Below are positions 36,013 to 45,530 of a stretch of DNA of 64,000 bases, piece by piece. Both the position numbers and the translations under genes were made by a program. Position 1 is the first letter of the stretch. Every line of letters begins with the position of its first letter. The notes beneath the pieces are model-generated. The model did no database searches and was not told where the DNA came from. It saw only the letters and a program-made list of their open reading frames with translations. Origin of the DNA: an uncultured delta proteobacterium (GTDB lineage: Bacteria > Myxococcota > Myxococcia > Myxococcales > Myxococcaceae); contig CAVQKE010000006.1 of NCBI GenBank assembly GCA_963713045.1, forward strand, positions 32,001 to 96,000, given 5' to 3'.

Positions 36013-37997
36013 GCAGGGGCCCGCTGTTGTTTCTCCTCGCCTGGCCCGCTGCCGGCGGCCGAGGCAAACCACTGCGCCAAAGGGGCGAGGCTGCGAAAGC
36101 GCCGGGCCGGTGGCAGGGACTGCACCAGCAGCCGTCCATAGGCGCGCCGGGAGACGCGGACATCCAGCAGCGCCACGATGCCGCGGTCCGCGCGGCTGCG
36201 GATGAGCCGGCCGAAGCCTTGCCGCAACGCCAGCGCCGCCTCGGGCAGCTGGTAGGCCGAGAAAGGTTCCTCGCCCTGCGCAGCCAGCTGCTCCATCCGC
36301 GCCGCGGTGAGGGGGTGCCCCGGGGAGGCAAAGGGCAGCTTGTCCATCACCACCAGCGAGAGCGCCTCCCCAGGGACGTCCACCCCTTCCCAAAAGCTGC
36401 TGGTGGCGAAGAGGACGGAGGGCGCGGCGCGGAAGGCCTCCAACAGGCGGTGCTTCGGCGCATCGCCTTGCTTCAACACCGGCCAGGGCAACCTGTCCTG
36501 CAGCAAGGCATGCACCGCCTCCATGTTGCGCAGAGAGGTGAAGAGGACGAAGGCCCGGCCGCCGGTGACTTCGGTGAGGGAGAGGACTTCGGCTGCCACC
36601 GACACCGCGAAGCCCGTCTCATTGGGCTCCGGCAAGTGGGTCGGTAGGTACAGCGCCGCCTGCTGGGCATAGTCAAAGGAGGAGGGCACGGCCAACTGGG
36701 TGAGGGGGTGCACCGCCTCGCCTTCCTCGTCCAGCAGCCCCAGGCGACGACAGAAGTAGCCAAAGGAATTGCCCGCGCGCAGGGTGGCCGAGGTGAAGAT
36801 GAGGGTGTCGACCGAGCCGTACAGCTTCTCTCGGAGGGCTTCGGCCACCGAGATGGGGGCCGCCCGGAGGGCAACTCCCCGGCCTCGGCCCTCCGCCCAG
36901 TAGACGTGGTTGAGGGAGTCCGCCCGGCGGACGAAGTCCAACTCCGAGGACAGCTCGCCGCTGCGTCGGCCGAGGGCCTGCACCTCCGGCTCCTCGGCCC
37001 CGGCGGCGAAAGCGCCGAGCGCGGCAAGGCCTTCCAGCACGCCCTCCACCTGCCGGCCCAAGGGGCGCAACAGCGTCGGAGTGAGGCGAATGGCCGACTC
37101 CGTCTGCAGCCCGAGGGCGCGCGGGGCGCTGCTGAACAGGGCCTCCGCCTGGCCGCGCACCTTCAGCGCCAGCGCCGCCAGCATGCCGGACCGCTCATCC
37201 AGGGGGTCCAACGCCACCTGGGCGTCCCGGGCGAGGTCCTCGAAGCGGAAGCTGCTGACGGCGACGCCGAAATACTCCGTGGCGGCGTCCTCCAGTGCGT
37301 GGGCCTCGTCGAAGACGACGGCGTCGTAGCGCGGCAGCACGCCCTCCCCGCTGCCTCGGGAGGTGCGCAGGGCGAGGTCCGCGAAAAACAGGGCGTGGTT
37401 GACGATGAGGATGTCCGAGGCGTCGGCGCGGGACCGCAACCGGGTGACGAAGCAGACGTCGTGCAGCGGGCAGCGGGTGCCGAGGCACGTCTCCCGGGTG
37501 GTGGACAGCCGCGGCCAACCGGCGAAGTCGTCCGGCAGCGCCAACTCGGCCCGGTCTCCGGTCTCGGTCCGCTCGGCCCAGGCATGGACGGCGGCCCACG
37601 CCTCCTCGGCGCCCGGGCCCAAAAGCGTGGGCTCTCGCTCCACCCGCTCCAGCCGGTGCAGGCACAGGTAGTTGGCGCGCCCCTTCACCAGGGTGGCGCG
37701 CAGCTCTAGCCCCAGGCCGCGTTGCACCAGGGGCAAGTCCTTGTGGAAAAGCTGGTCCTGCAGCGTCTTGGTGGCGGTGGAGATGACGACTTTGCGGCCG
37801 CTGAGTGCCGCCGGGACGAGGTAGGCCAAGGTCTTCCCGGTGCCGGTGCCCGCTTCGGCCACCAGCGCGCGCTTCTCTGCAAAGGCCCGCTCCACCTCGC
37901 GGGCCAGCGCCAGCTGCTCCGGACGGGATTCCCAGCCCGGCAGCACCTCGGAGAGACGCCCACGCGCGCCAAACACCGCTTCCATGGAGGTCGTCAA
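36009..37997 (-). CDS. DinG/YoaA-family ATP-dependent Fe-S DNA helicase
   Basis: EAGTGTGKT, KGRANYLC...CLGTRCP...C (Fe-S ligands), DEAH, TSAT, FWEGVD, QGFGRLIR. Start is TTG 37997 (overlapping the upstream stop) or ATG 37985. Confidence 0.93.
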   Translation of the reverse strand: MTTSMEAVFGARGRLSEVLPGWESRPEQLALAREVERAFAEKRALVAEAGTGTGKTLAYLVPAALSGRKVVISTATKTLQDQLFHKDLPLVQRGLGLELRATLVKGRANYLCLHRLERVEREPTLLGPGAEEAWAAVHAWAERTETGDRAELALPDDFAGWPRLSTTRETCLGTRCPLHDVCFVTRLRSRADASDILIVNHALFFADLALRTSRGSGEGVLPRYDAVVFDEAHALEDAATEYFGVAVSSFRFEDLARDAQVALDPLDERSGMLAALALKVRGQAEALFSSAPRALGLQTESAIRLTPTLLRPLGRQVEGVLEGLAALGAFAAGAEEPEVQALGRRSGELSSELDFVRRADSLNHVYWAEGRGRGVALRAAPISVAEALREKLYGSVDTLIFTSATLRAGNSFGYFCRRLGLLDEEGEAVHPLTQLAVPSSFDYAQQAALYLPTHLPEPNETGFAVSVAAEVLSLTEVTGGRAFVLFTSLRNMEAVHALLQDRLPWPVLKQGDAPKHRLLEAFRAAPSVLFATSSFWEGVDVPGEALSLVVMDKLPFASPGHPLTAARMEQLAAQGEEPFSAYQLPEAALALRQGFGRLIRSRADRGIVALLDVRVSRRAYGRLLVQSLPPARRFRSLAPLAQWFASAAGSGPGEEKQQRAPA

Positions 37998-38686
37998 TGC
38001 CGCCCCAAAAGCCGCAGCAGGGCAAACACCAGGGTGGGGGCAAGCAGCATCACTGCCGCCACCGCCACCGCCTTGGCCCGCCCGTTGGCCCGCGGTGTCT
38101 GGGCCGTCCGCAGCGCGGCCACCATCACCGGCGCCGATGCCAGTTTGACGGCCGCCTCGAGCGAGTTGCGCGCCAGAGCGTCTTGTGGGGCCCGCGCCAG
38201 TCGAATGCGGTACAGATGACAGGCTGCCGTCAACTCTCCCGAGGCGTCGGCCAGCTGGAGGAAGCGGGTGTGCTCGGCCGCGTCATTCCAGTGGGCGGCC
38301 AACGCCCTCCACGCGTCCGCCAGCGTCGACGACGGCTGAAGCGCGCTGTCGCGGACGGCGTTGGAGAAAACCAATCCACAGGCCGGACAACTGGCGGCGG
38401 CGGGGCTTCGAGGCGCGACGCATTTGGGGCAAAAGGCCGCCGGCACCTCAAAGGCCGCCTCGATGGCGCTGGGCCCGCTGGCCGGTGGGGGCGTCGGGCG
38501 GCGACTAGGCGCGGGAAGGCCCTCCACCGCTGCGCCGGCCGGCGTGGCCTCGGCGCCGCTGGCCTCCGAGAGAGCCAGGCGCCGCTGCTGACCGCAGGCC
38601 CGACAGCGGACGACGACGTGGCCCTGGTCCAGACGAAAGTCCACCACCTCCACCGGCTGACCGCACACAGGACAAAGGCCATTCAT
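37994..38686 (-). CDS. Hypothetical double zinc-ribbon protein with C-terminal TM helix
   Basis: CPVC...CRAC and CPKC...CPAC pairs separated by a Pro/Ala linker; hydrophobic C-terminus. Confidence 0.75.
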   Translation of the reverse strand: MNGLCPVCGQPVEVVDFRLDQGHVVVRCRACGQQRRLALSEASGAEATPAGAAVEGLPAPSRRPTPPPASGPSAIEAAFEVPAAFCPKCVAPRSPAAASCPACGLVFSNAVRDSALQPSSTLADAWRALAAHWNDAAEHTRFLQLADASGELTAACHLYRIRLARAPQDALARNSLEAAVKLASAPVMVAALRTAQTPRANGRAKAVAVAAVMLLAPTLVFALLRLLGRH

Positions 38687-38730
38687 CCGTCGGCGGCGAA
38701 GCTAAGCACACCTTCTTCAAACTCCCTCTA

Positions 38731-39911
38731 GTACCCCGGATCCGTGAATAGTTGAAAAAGTCACATGGCATGAGCTTGGAGGGTGCGCGTCGCGAAGCGA
38801 CGCATGGAATCGAGGATGTCGTCAGCAGTCTTCGTCCAGCGGAATGGCTTCGGTGCCTCATTGTGCGCGTCGATGAAGGCAGTGATGGCTGCTTTTAACT
38901 CGGGAACGCTGCAGTGAGAGCCGCGCTGGAGCGCTTGCTGCGTCAGCAAGCCGAAGAAACGCTCCACCATGTTGATCCAGGAGCCGTGGGTCGGCGTGAA
39001 GTGCAGATGAAACCGAGGGTGGCGGACGAGCCAGCGCATCACCGCGGGCGTCTTGTGCGTGGAGAGATTGTCGAGGATGACGTGGACGTCCAGCGAGGGC
39101 TGAACACCCGCGTCGATGTCCTTGAGAAACTTCACGAACTCGAGGGCCCGGTGACGATTGAAACAGCGCCCAAGTACTTGTCCGGTCGCAACATCGAGCG
39201 CTGCAAAGAGATCTGTTGTGCCGTGACGGATGTAGTTGTGAGTCCGTCGCTCCGGCATTCCCACGTCCATCGGGAGCACCGGAGTCGCCCGGGCGAGAGC
39301 TTGAATCTGCGACTTCTCATCCACCGAAAAGACGGCCGCATTGTCGGGCGGCGACAGGTACAGGCCAACGATGTCGCGCACTTTCTCGACGAGATAAGGG
39401 TCTTCCGAGAGGCGAAACGTCTTCGTCCGGTGGGGCTGCAGCCCGAAAGTGCGCCAAATCCGGCCGATGCTGCTGTGGCTGAGACCAATCTGTTTCGCCA
39501 GCGAACGCGTGCTCCAGTGAGTGCCGCCCTTTGGCTTCGTCTCAAGAGTGCGGACAACGACGCTCTCGACCTGGTCGTCGGTGATTGTGCGCTCTACGCC
39601 CGGCCGAGGCTCGTCGTGAAGACCGTCCAGCCGGAGCTCGATGAAGCGCTTCCGCCATTTGCCGACCGTCGCCCCAGTGCAGCGGAGCTGCCGAGCAACC
39701 TCCGAGTTCGTCAGACCCTCGAGGCTTCGCAGCACGATGCGGGCACGGAACGCAAGATGTCGATTCGCCCGACTTCGATTGGCAAATCGCTCCAGCACAC
39801 CGCGCTCTTCAGCGCTCACCACCAGCTCAGCCTTCGGTCTTCCGGTTCGAGCCATTCGCGGAGTAGATCACACCCCTACGACTTTCACCGCGAATCTCGG
39901 TTCCGGAATAC
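38731..39911 (-). mobile_element. IS630-family insertion sequence (1181 bp) with TA target duplication
   Basis: Imperfect terminal IRs GTACCCCGGATCCGTGAAT / GTATTCCGGAACCGAGATT (14/19), flanked by TA at 38729-38730 and 39912-39913 (CTAG at both junctions); visibly less GC-rich than the flanks. Confidence 0.92.
38761..39855 (-). CDS. IS630-family DDE transposase, intact single ORF
   Basis: N-terminal HTH (RARIVL...VGKWRKRF...DEPRPG), HWSTR, catalytic DEKSQ / DNLSTHK / ERFF, FTPTHGSWIN, PKPFRW. Confidence 0.95.
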   Translation of the reverse strand: MARTGRPKAELVVSAEERGVLERFANRSRANRHLAFRARIVLRSLEGLTNSEVARQLRCTGATVGKWRKRFIELRLDGLHDEPRPGVERTITDDQVESVVVRTLETKPKGGTHWSTRSLAKQIGLSHSSIGRIWRTFGLQPHRTKTFRLSEDPYLVEKVRDIVGLYLSPPDNAAVFSVDEKSQIQALARATPVLPMDVGMPERRTHNYIRHGTTDLFAALDVATGQVLGRCFNRHRALEFVKFLKDIDAGVQPSLDVHVILDNLSTHKTPAVMRWLVRHPRFHLHFTPTHGSWINMVERFFGLLTQQALQRGSHCSVPELKAAITAFIDAHNEAPKPFRWTKTADDILDSMRRFATRTLQAHAM

Positions 39912-40864
39912 TAGGGAGCTGCCACCAAAAGCTGCACCGGCGAGGGGGTGAGGCACAGGACGAAGACCACCAGGCAGCCGATGCAGATGAGGAAGCGACG
40001 GCCGTCCAAGGCCTCGGCGGGCCGCTCCACCTCGGGGTGGCGAAAGCCCACCACCAGCGAGGCCACCAAAAGCCACAGCAGCCAGGAGAGGTTGAAGAAG
40101 AGCACCAGAGCCAACAGGCCCAAGGCCGAAAGCTTGCCGAGGCGCACGGCGCGTGGGCCAAGGTTGGCAAAGGCCAAGTGCCCACCGTCCAGCTGGCCAA
40201 TGGGGAAGAGGTTGAGGGTGGTGACGATGCAGCCAAACCAGCCGGCCACAATGTAGGGGTTGGCCAGCACGTCCTTGCCGGCAGGCAACGGGCCCACCAC
40301 CAACCGCTGGATGAGCAGCGTCAACAGGTTGTCCCCAAAACTCTGGCCGACGACGTTGGGCTCCTGGTGATGGGCGAAGTAACGGAACAACAACCTCGCC
40401 ACCTGGGTTGCCGACTCGAGCGGCGGAAACGTCGAGAGGGACAACGGCACGTCGATGACGGTGGCGTGCGCGTAGCCCCAAAAAAGCACCACCACCGCGA
40501 CCACGAAGCCGGCCAGCGGACCGGCGGCGCCAATGTCCACCAAGGCGTTGCGCGTCGGAATTCGGCTCCGGATGCGAATCACCGCGCCCAGGGTGCCGAA
40601 CCCGAGGTGTGGAAGCGGGATGAAGTACGGCAGCGAGGCGTCGACACCGTGGCGGCGGGCCAACAGCCAGTGCCCCATCTCGTGGCTACCGAGAATGGCC
40701 ACCAGCGACAGGCTGAAGGCCACACCATCCAGCACGTTGGCTCGGTTCCAGACGCCCGACGTCTGGTCGGACAGAAACACCTCGAAGGTGGTGGCCAGGG
40801 TGAGGAGCAGCAGGCCGAGGTGTAGAAGCGGCCGCTGGGCCGGGCGGAGGGCGACGCTGTCCAT
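39911..40864 (-). CDS. Site-2 protease family (M50) membrane metalloprotease
   Basis: HEMGH, GAAGPLAG, NLFPIGQLDGGH; multiple TMs. Confidence 0.92.
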   Translation of the reverse strand: MDSVALRPAQRPLLHLGLLLLTLATTFEVFLSDQTSGVWNRANVLDGVAFSLSLVAILGSHEMGHWLLARRHGVDASLPYFIPLPHLGFGTLGAVIRIRSRIPTRNALVDIGAAGPLAGFVVAVVVLFWGYAHATVIDVPLSLSTFPPLESATQVARLLFRYFAHHQEPNVVGQSFGDNLLTLLIQRLVVGPLPAGKDVLANPYIVAGWFGCIVTTLNLFPIGQLDGGHLAFANLGPRAVRLGKLSALGLLALVLFFNLSWLLWLLVASLVVGFRHPEVERPAEALDGRRFLICIGCLVVFVLCLTPSPVQLLVAAP

Positions 40865-40877
40865 GGTGAAGGCTGGG

Positions 40878-41903
40878 CTAACCCTGTTCCAGCACTTGCC
40901 GCAGCGTCTGGGCGGTGAATTGCACCAAGGGGATGACGCGGGAGTAGTTCATCCGGGTGGGGCCGATGACGCCCAGCGTGCCGAGCGTGCGGTCTTCGTT
41001 TCCGTACGGGGTGGCCACCACCGTCACGTCGCCGGCGGAGGAAAACTCACTCTCATTGCCGATGAAAATCTGCATCGCCCCAGCTTGCTCCACCCGTTCC
41101 AGCAGCGCCACCAGCTTGCTCTTCTCATCCAGGGCCCGAAACAGGGACCGCATGCGTTCTATGTCGGTGAACTCGGGCGACTCGAGGAAGGAGCCGGTGC
41201 CCTCGATGTGGATGCGCTCCGGGGCGTGGAGTTCGGTGGCGGCGTAGCCGAGCCGCAGCGCCTTGGCCTGCAGCTCGTCCAAGAGGGCCTGCTCCTGAGC
41301 CTGCTCGGTGAGAATGCGCCCGCGCAGCCCCTCAAACGGCACCTCGTGCAACAGCTCGCTCAGGTAGTTGGAGGCGCGGCCGAGCTCGGCCTCTGACATC
41401 TCCGCCTCGAGGCTGAGCGGCTTATTCAGCACCTGCCCGTCGCGGCCAACCAGGATGGCCAGCACGCGGTTGTCCCGCAGCCGGACAAATTCAATGCGGT
41501 GGAAGACGCCGGCCGAGGGCCTGGGGGCCACCACCACGCAGGCGTGCTTGGTGACGAAGGACAGCACGCGGCTCGCCTCTTGGAGCGACTCCTCGAGGCC
41601 CGCCCCGGTGGAGATTCCGCGCTGGATGAGTTCGCGGTCGCGCGGCAGCGGCTGCCGCAGCTGCATCAGCGAGTCGACGTAGAAGCGGTAGGCGCGGCCG
41701 GTGGGCACCCGGCCGGCGGAGGTGTGCGGCTTTTCCAGGTAGCCGAGCGCCTCCAAGTCCGCCATGACGTTGCGCAGCGTCGCGCTGGAGACGTCGAATT
41801 GGCTTCGGGCCAATTGGTGGCTCCCCACCGGGCCACCGGTCGCGATGTACTCGCGAATCACTGCATGCAACACAGAGCGCGCACGCTCGTTCAAGTCTTC
41901 CAT
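40878..41903 (-). CDS. hrcA: Heat-inducible transcription repressor
   Basis: PVGS, SSATLRNVMADLE, PHTSAGRVPT, YRFYVD, GVIGPTRMNY; ATG at 41903. Confidence 0.95.
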   Translation of the reverse strand: MEDLNERARSVLHAVIREYIATGGPVGSHQLARSQFDVSSATLRNVMADLEALGYLEKPHTSAGRVPTGRAYRFYVDSLMQLRQPLPRDRELIQRGISTGAGLEESLQEASRVLSFVTKHACVVVAPRPSAGVFHRIEFVRLRDNRVLAILVGRDGQVLNKPLSLEAEMSEAELGRASNYLSELLHEVPFEGLRGRILTEQAQEQALLDELQAKALRLGYAATELHAPERIHIEGTGSFLESPEFTDIERMRSLFRALDEKSKLVALLERVEQAGAMQIFIGNESEFSSAGDVTVVATPYGNEDRTLGTLGVIGPTRMNYSRVIPLVQFTAQTLRQVLEQG

Positions 41904-41919
41904 GAAAAATCCACTCCAA

Positions 41920-41948
41920 ATGCTAGGGCCGTCGCCTGGCCGTTTCAA
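41920..41948 (-). promoter_or_regulatory. Putative promoter for hrcA
   Basis: TTGAAA-N17-TAGCAT on the minus strand, followed by GGAG and the ATG. Confidence 0.5.
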
Positions 41949-42157
41949 CCGAGACGCATGCGTCCCTAACCCCCCGCAACCCCTGACTTCGCCGCGGACT
42001 GTGCGCGTCGGCCAGCCGCGGCCGCGGCCACCGCCCGCTGGCGCGCGCTCGGCCAGCACAGGCCTGTCGTTCCTCGTTTCCTTTTCCATCTCCTTGAGGC
42101 TTCATGCGCGCTTGGCGCAGGGCAGCAGGCACACCACTTGTCAGGAGGCAGGCGTCG

Positions 42158-43573
42158 ATGAAACCGAAGGAAGTTTTGGGGCTGGCCAAGGAGCGGGGCG
42201 CAGTCATGGTCGACCTCAAGTTCATGGATTTCGTGGGCACCTGGCAGCACTTCACCGTGCCGCTCCACGAGTTGAAGGAGGAGATTTTCGAGGAGGGGCT
42301 GGGCTTCGATGGCTCCTCCATCCGCGGCTGGGCGGAGATTCATGCCTCCGACATGCTGGTGATGCCGGACCCCGCCACGGCGGTGATGGACCCCTTCACC
42401 AAAGACGCGACGTTGAGTCTCATCTGCACCATCGTCGACCCCATCACCAAGGAGGCCTACGGGCGCGACCCGCGCAACATCGCCCTCAAAGCCGAGAAGT
42501 ACTTAAAGAGCACCGGCATCGCCGACACCGCCTACTTCGGGCCGGAAGCGGAATTCTTCGTCTTCGATTCGGTGCGCTTCGACAACCGGGTGAATGGCGC
42601 CTTTTACGAAATTGGCTCGAGCGAAGGGGCGTGGAGCACCGGCCGGGAGGAGGAGGGCGGTAACCGCGGCTACAAAATCCGGCACAAGGAAGGCTATTTC
42701 CCGGTGTCGCCGCTGGACAGCCAGAACGACATCCGCACCGAGATGTGCCTCACCCTGGCGGCGGTGGGCATCGAAGTGGAGCGACAGCACCACGAGGTGG
42801 CCACCGCGGGTCAAGCCGAAATCGACTTCCGCTTCGACACGCTGGTGAAGTGCGCCGACCACCTCAGTTGGTTCAAACACATCGTGAAGAATGTCGCCTG
42901 GCGAAACGGCAAGACGGCGACCTTCATGCCCAAGCCACTGTTTGGCGACAACGGTAGCGGGATGCACACCCACCAGTCGCTGTGGAAGAACGGCAAGCCG
43001 CTTTTCGCTGGCGACGGCTACGCCGGGCTTTCGGAAATGGCGCTGCACTACATCGGAGGCGTTTTGAAGCACGCCCGCGCCCTGGCTGCGCTGTGCAACC
43101 CCACCACCAACAGTTACAAGCGGCTGGTGCCCGGCTTCGAAGCGCCGGTGAATTTGGCTTACAGCAGCCGCAACCGCAGCGCTTCCATCCGCATCCCGAT
43201 GTACAGCCCGAGTCCGAAGGCGAAACGCCTTGAATTTCGCAGCCCGGACCCGTCCTGCAACCCCTACCTGGCCTTCGCCGCGCAGCTGATGGCAGGACTC
43301 GACGGCGTGGAAAACAAAATCGACCCCGGAGACCCGTTGGACAAGGACATTTACGGGCTGACGCCGGAGGAATTGAAGGACGTCCCGAAGATGCCGGGGA
43401 GTCTCGAAGAGGCGCTCGACTGCCTGCGGAAGGACCACAAATTCCTCCTCAAGGGCGACGTCTTCAGCACCGACGTGATTGAGACGTGGATTCATCTCAA
43501 GACAGAACGCGAGCTGAATGCGGTGCGGCTGCGGCCGCACCCGATGGAGTTCGCGCTCTATTTCGACATTTAG
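42158..43573 (+). CDS. glnA: Glutamine synthetase type I (GSI-beta)
   Basis: [44 protein letters not shown]; adenylylation-site Tyr in DIYGL; AGGAGG RBS. Confidence 0.97.
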   Translation: MKPKEVLGLAKERGAVMVDLKFMDFVGTWQHFTVPLHELKEEIFEEGLGFDGSSIRGWAEIHASDMLVMPDPATAVMDPFTKDATLSLICTIVDPITKEAYGRDPRNIALKAEKYLKSTGIADTAYFGPEAEFFVFDSVRFDNRVNGAFYEIGSSEGAWSTGREEEGGNRGYKIRHKEGYFPVSPLDSQNDIRTEMCLTLAAVGIEVERQHHEVATAGQAEIDFRFDTLVKCADHLSWFKHIVKNVAWRNGKTATFMPKPLFGDNGSGMHTHQSLWKNGKPLFAGDGYAGLSEMALHYIGGVLKHARALAALCNPTTNSYKRLVPGFEAPVNLAYSSRNRSASIRIPMYSPSPKAKRLEFRSPDPSCNPYLAFAAQLMAGLDGVENKIDPGDPLDKDIYGLTPEELKDVPKMPGSLEEALDCLRKDHKFLLKGDVFSTDVIETWIHLKTERELNAVRLRPHPMEFALYFDI

Positions 43574-43659
43574 TCCCCCCGGGGCCCCAGGCCCGAGCGA
43601 AGGGGCGCCGGGCCGATGGCGCTCCGGCCCAGGGCCTGCAGCCTGGGGTGGCGGCTCCC

Positions 43660-44625
43660 CTAGGCCACTCCACTGGCGCTGTCAGCGGCGGGGGGCTTGC
43701 CTTGCGCCGCTGGCAACGGCTCGACGTCCTGAAACTTGGAGTAGTCCACCTGACGTCGTCCGTCGGGAAGCATGCGCAACACGTCCACGAAGCGGTAACC
43801 CCAATAGATTTCGTCGGCGATGTAGCTGTGCCGGGCGTGGATGTTCTGCGACAGCGTGGCGTCAAAGCCGGTGAAGCTGACCAGCACTTCCGCCTGCTGC
43901 TCCCGCAGCTGAGCGGCCGTCATGCCGTACAGCGGGCTTTGTTGGGTGATGGTGTGCATCGCCGTCCAGGTGAGGATGAAGGCACTCGACTGGTTGCGTA
44001 ACAGCGGCAAGTCCATCATCCGCCGCAGCCGTTCCCCCTCCAGGGTGGTCTCCATCGCCATCAACGTCACCCGCAGCTGCGCCTCGGCAATGTGGTTGGC
44101 CCGCTCATTGGCCACCCGAAACATCAGCGTCGGGGTGCCATTGCGCGGAGCCACCACCGCCAGGTCGCTGAAGACGACGCGGGCTTGAGGCCGGCTGAAT
44201 TTCGCGAAGACGAGGCCGGTCACCACCGCCACCCCAAGCAGGCTGAGCATCGCTTCCACGGTGACCAGGGCGTGGGCGGTGTTGGACTGCGGCGTCATTT
44301 CCCCGTAGCCAATGGTGCCCATGGTTTCCACGCTGAAGAAGAAGCCGTCCAAGAAGCTGCCCGGCCGCGCGTTGGCCACTCCCCCCAGCAGCGCGTAGAG
44401 GCCACCGAAGAGGGCATTGGTGCCGAGGAAGGCCGCCACGAAAGCCGTCAGCAACATCGGCCAGCTGGTGGCCAAAAGGAAGTAGTAGAAGTCGTGCATC
44501 AAATCCGCTCGGCGGCCAATAATCTCGGTCGACTTCCAAACCGGCTCGCCCCGGCGGGGAAAGAGGCGGGGCTGAGAGAACCGGGGCGAAGCGGACGGTT
44601 TGGCGGCTGGCGTTTCGGCGCTCAT
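43660..44625 (-). CDS. Inward-rectifier potassium channel (KirBac-like)
   Basis: FFFSVETMGTIGYG filter, two TMs, cytoplasmic domain (TLMFRVANER, H.I...SPLYG). Confidence 0.92.
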   Translation of the reverse strand: MSAETPAAKPSASPRFSQPRLFPRRGEPVWKSTEIIGRRADLMHDFYYFLLATSWPMLLTAFVAAFLGTNALFGGLYALLGGVANARPGSFLDGFFFSVETMGTIGYGEMTPQSNTAHALVTVEAMLSLLGVAVVTGLVFAKFSRPQARVVFSDLAVVAPRNGTPTLMFRVANERANHIAEAQLRVTLMAMETTLEGERLRRMMDLPLLRNQSSAFILTWTAMHTITQQSPLYGMTAAQLREQQAEVLVSFTGFDATLSQNIHARHSYIADEIYWGYRFVDVLRMLPDGRRQVDYSKFQDVEPLPAAQGKPPAADSASGVA

Positions 44626-44638
44626 GAGCTGCTCCTTA

Positions 44639-45373
44639 CTAGCAGCCGAGCACCTCTCGCAGCAGCGGCGTTCCATCCACCCAGGGTGAGGTGCAGGGGG
44701 GGCCCTCGGTGAAGGCGCAGCGGCTCCTGGCGCATTCCGCCGGCAGCTCCAAGACGAAGGACGAGCGCGTCCCGTAGCCAAGTTCAGCCGCGTGAATGCA
44801 CATGCCGTCGCGTCGGTTCTCCTCGCCGTGTCCGCGGAGGACGTCGGCCCAGGCCTCCAGCGGCACCGGCCCGTGGGCGAGCACCGCTTTGGCCCGTGCC
44901 ACCCGCGCGCTGTCGTCACCGGCGCCCAGGCTACTCTCGGTGAGGACGTGCAGCCCGGGCGCCAGCCACCGCTGCTCGACGCGCCGTCCGTCAGAAGACG
45001 TCAGTCCCGCCCGGCCCGCCGCATCCGCGTACAACAGGTGAAAGGGGTTGTAGTCCCTTGGCCCCAGGCTTTGCAGCTGCTGGTGCAGCACCGGAACCGA
45101 CTGACTGCGAAGCGCCTTCAGCACCAGCTGGCCGCGGGAGGCCCGGCTGGCGTCCAACTCGGCGCCGTGGCGGTTGGTAATGCCGACGAAGAGGCCGTGG
45201 GCGTTGACGCCCAGCCAGCTGCCGTGGGCCAACTCGTCACGGGGGGCCAGGACGGTCGGCACCCCCGGCCAAATCCGCGGCGGAGAGGCAGCGCGGGCGA
45301 GGAATTCGTCGCGGTTGGCTGCCACTTGAAGCGCGCCGCCCGACTGAGGGACCAGGGCCAGAAGGGTACACAC
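44639..45373 (-). CDS. NRDE/TANGO2 family protein
   Basis: MCT N-terminus, AANRDE, GSWLGVN, TNR, SRGQLV, YNPF, YGTRSS. Confidence 0.9.
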   Translation of the reverse strand: MCTLLALVPQSGGALQVAANRDEFLARAASPPRIWPGVPTVLAPRDELAHGSWLGVNAHGLFVGITNRHGAELDASRASRGQLVLKALRSQSVPVLHQQLQSLGPRDYNPFHLLYADAAGRAGLTSSDGRRVEQRWLAPGLHVLTESSLGAGDDSARVARAKAVLAHGPVPLEAWADVLRGHGEENRRDGMCIHAAELGYGTRSSFVLELPAECARSRCAFTEGPPCTSPWVDGTPLLREVLGC

Positions 45374-45530
45374 GGGCCTTCCTCTAATCCCGAAAGGGGG
45401 CCGGGGCCTCGCCCTCGGCTGCCGCAGCCGTTGGCCGGCCCCAGGAGGGGACTGGAGCCCTTCAGGCAGCGTCCAGGCGACGTCCAGGCGCCCTGGGGTG
45501 AATGCAGGGACGCCCGCCGGGGCCTCCCCT

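Noticed and set aside
36009..37997. Type IV CRISPR-associated CasDinG or a defence helicase
   Set aside because: It has Fe-S cysteines and a chromosomal YoaA-like context; there are no cas genes or repeat-spacer array in the window.
42127..42141. Sigma54 promoter for glnA (AGGCACACCACTTGT)
   Set aside because: It has GT rather than GC at -12, and the implied start site would fall downstream of the AGGAGG RBS. Not excluded, but unsupported.
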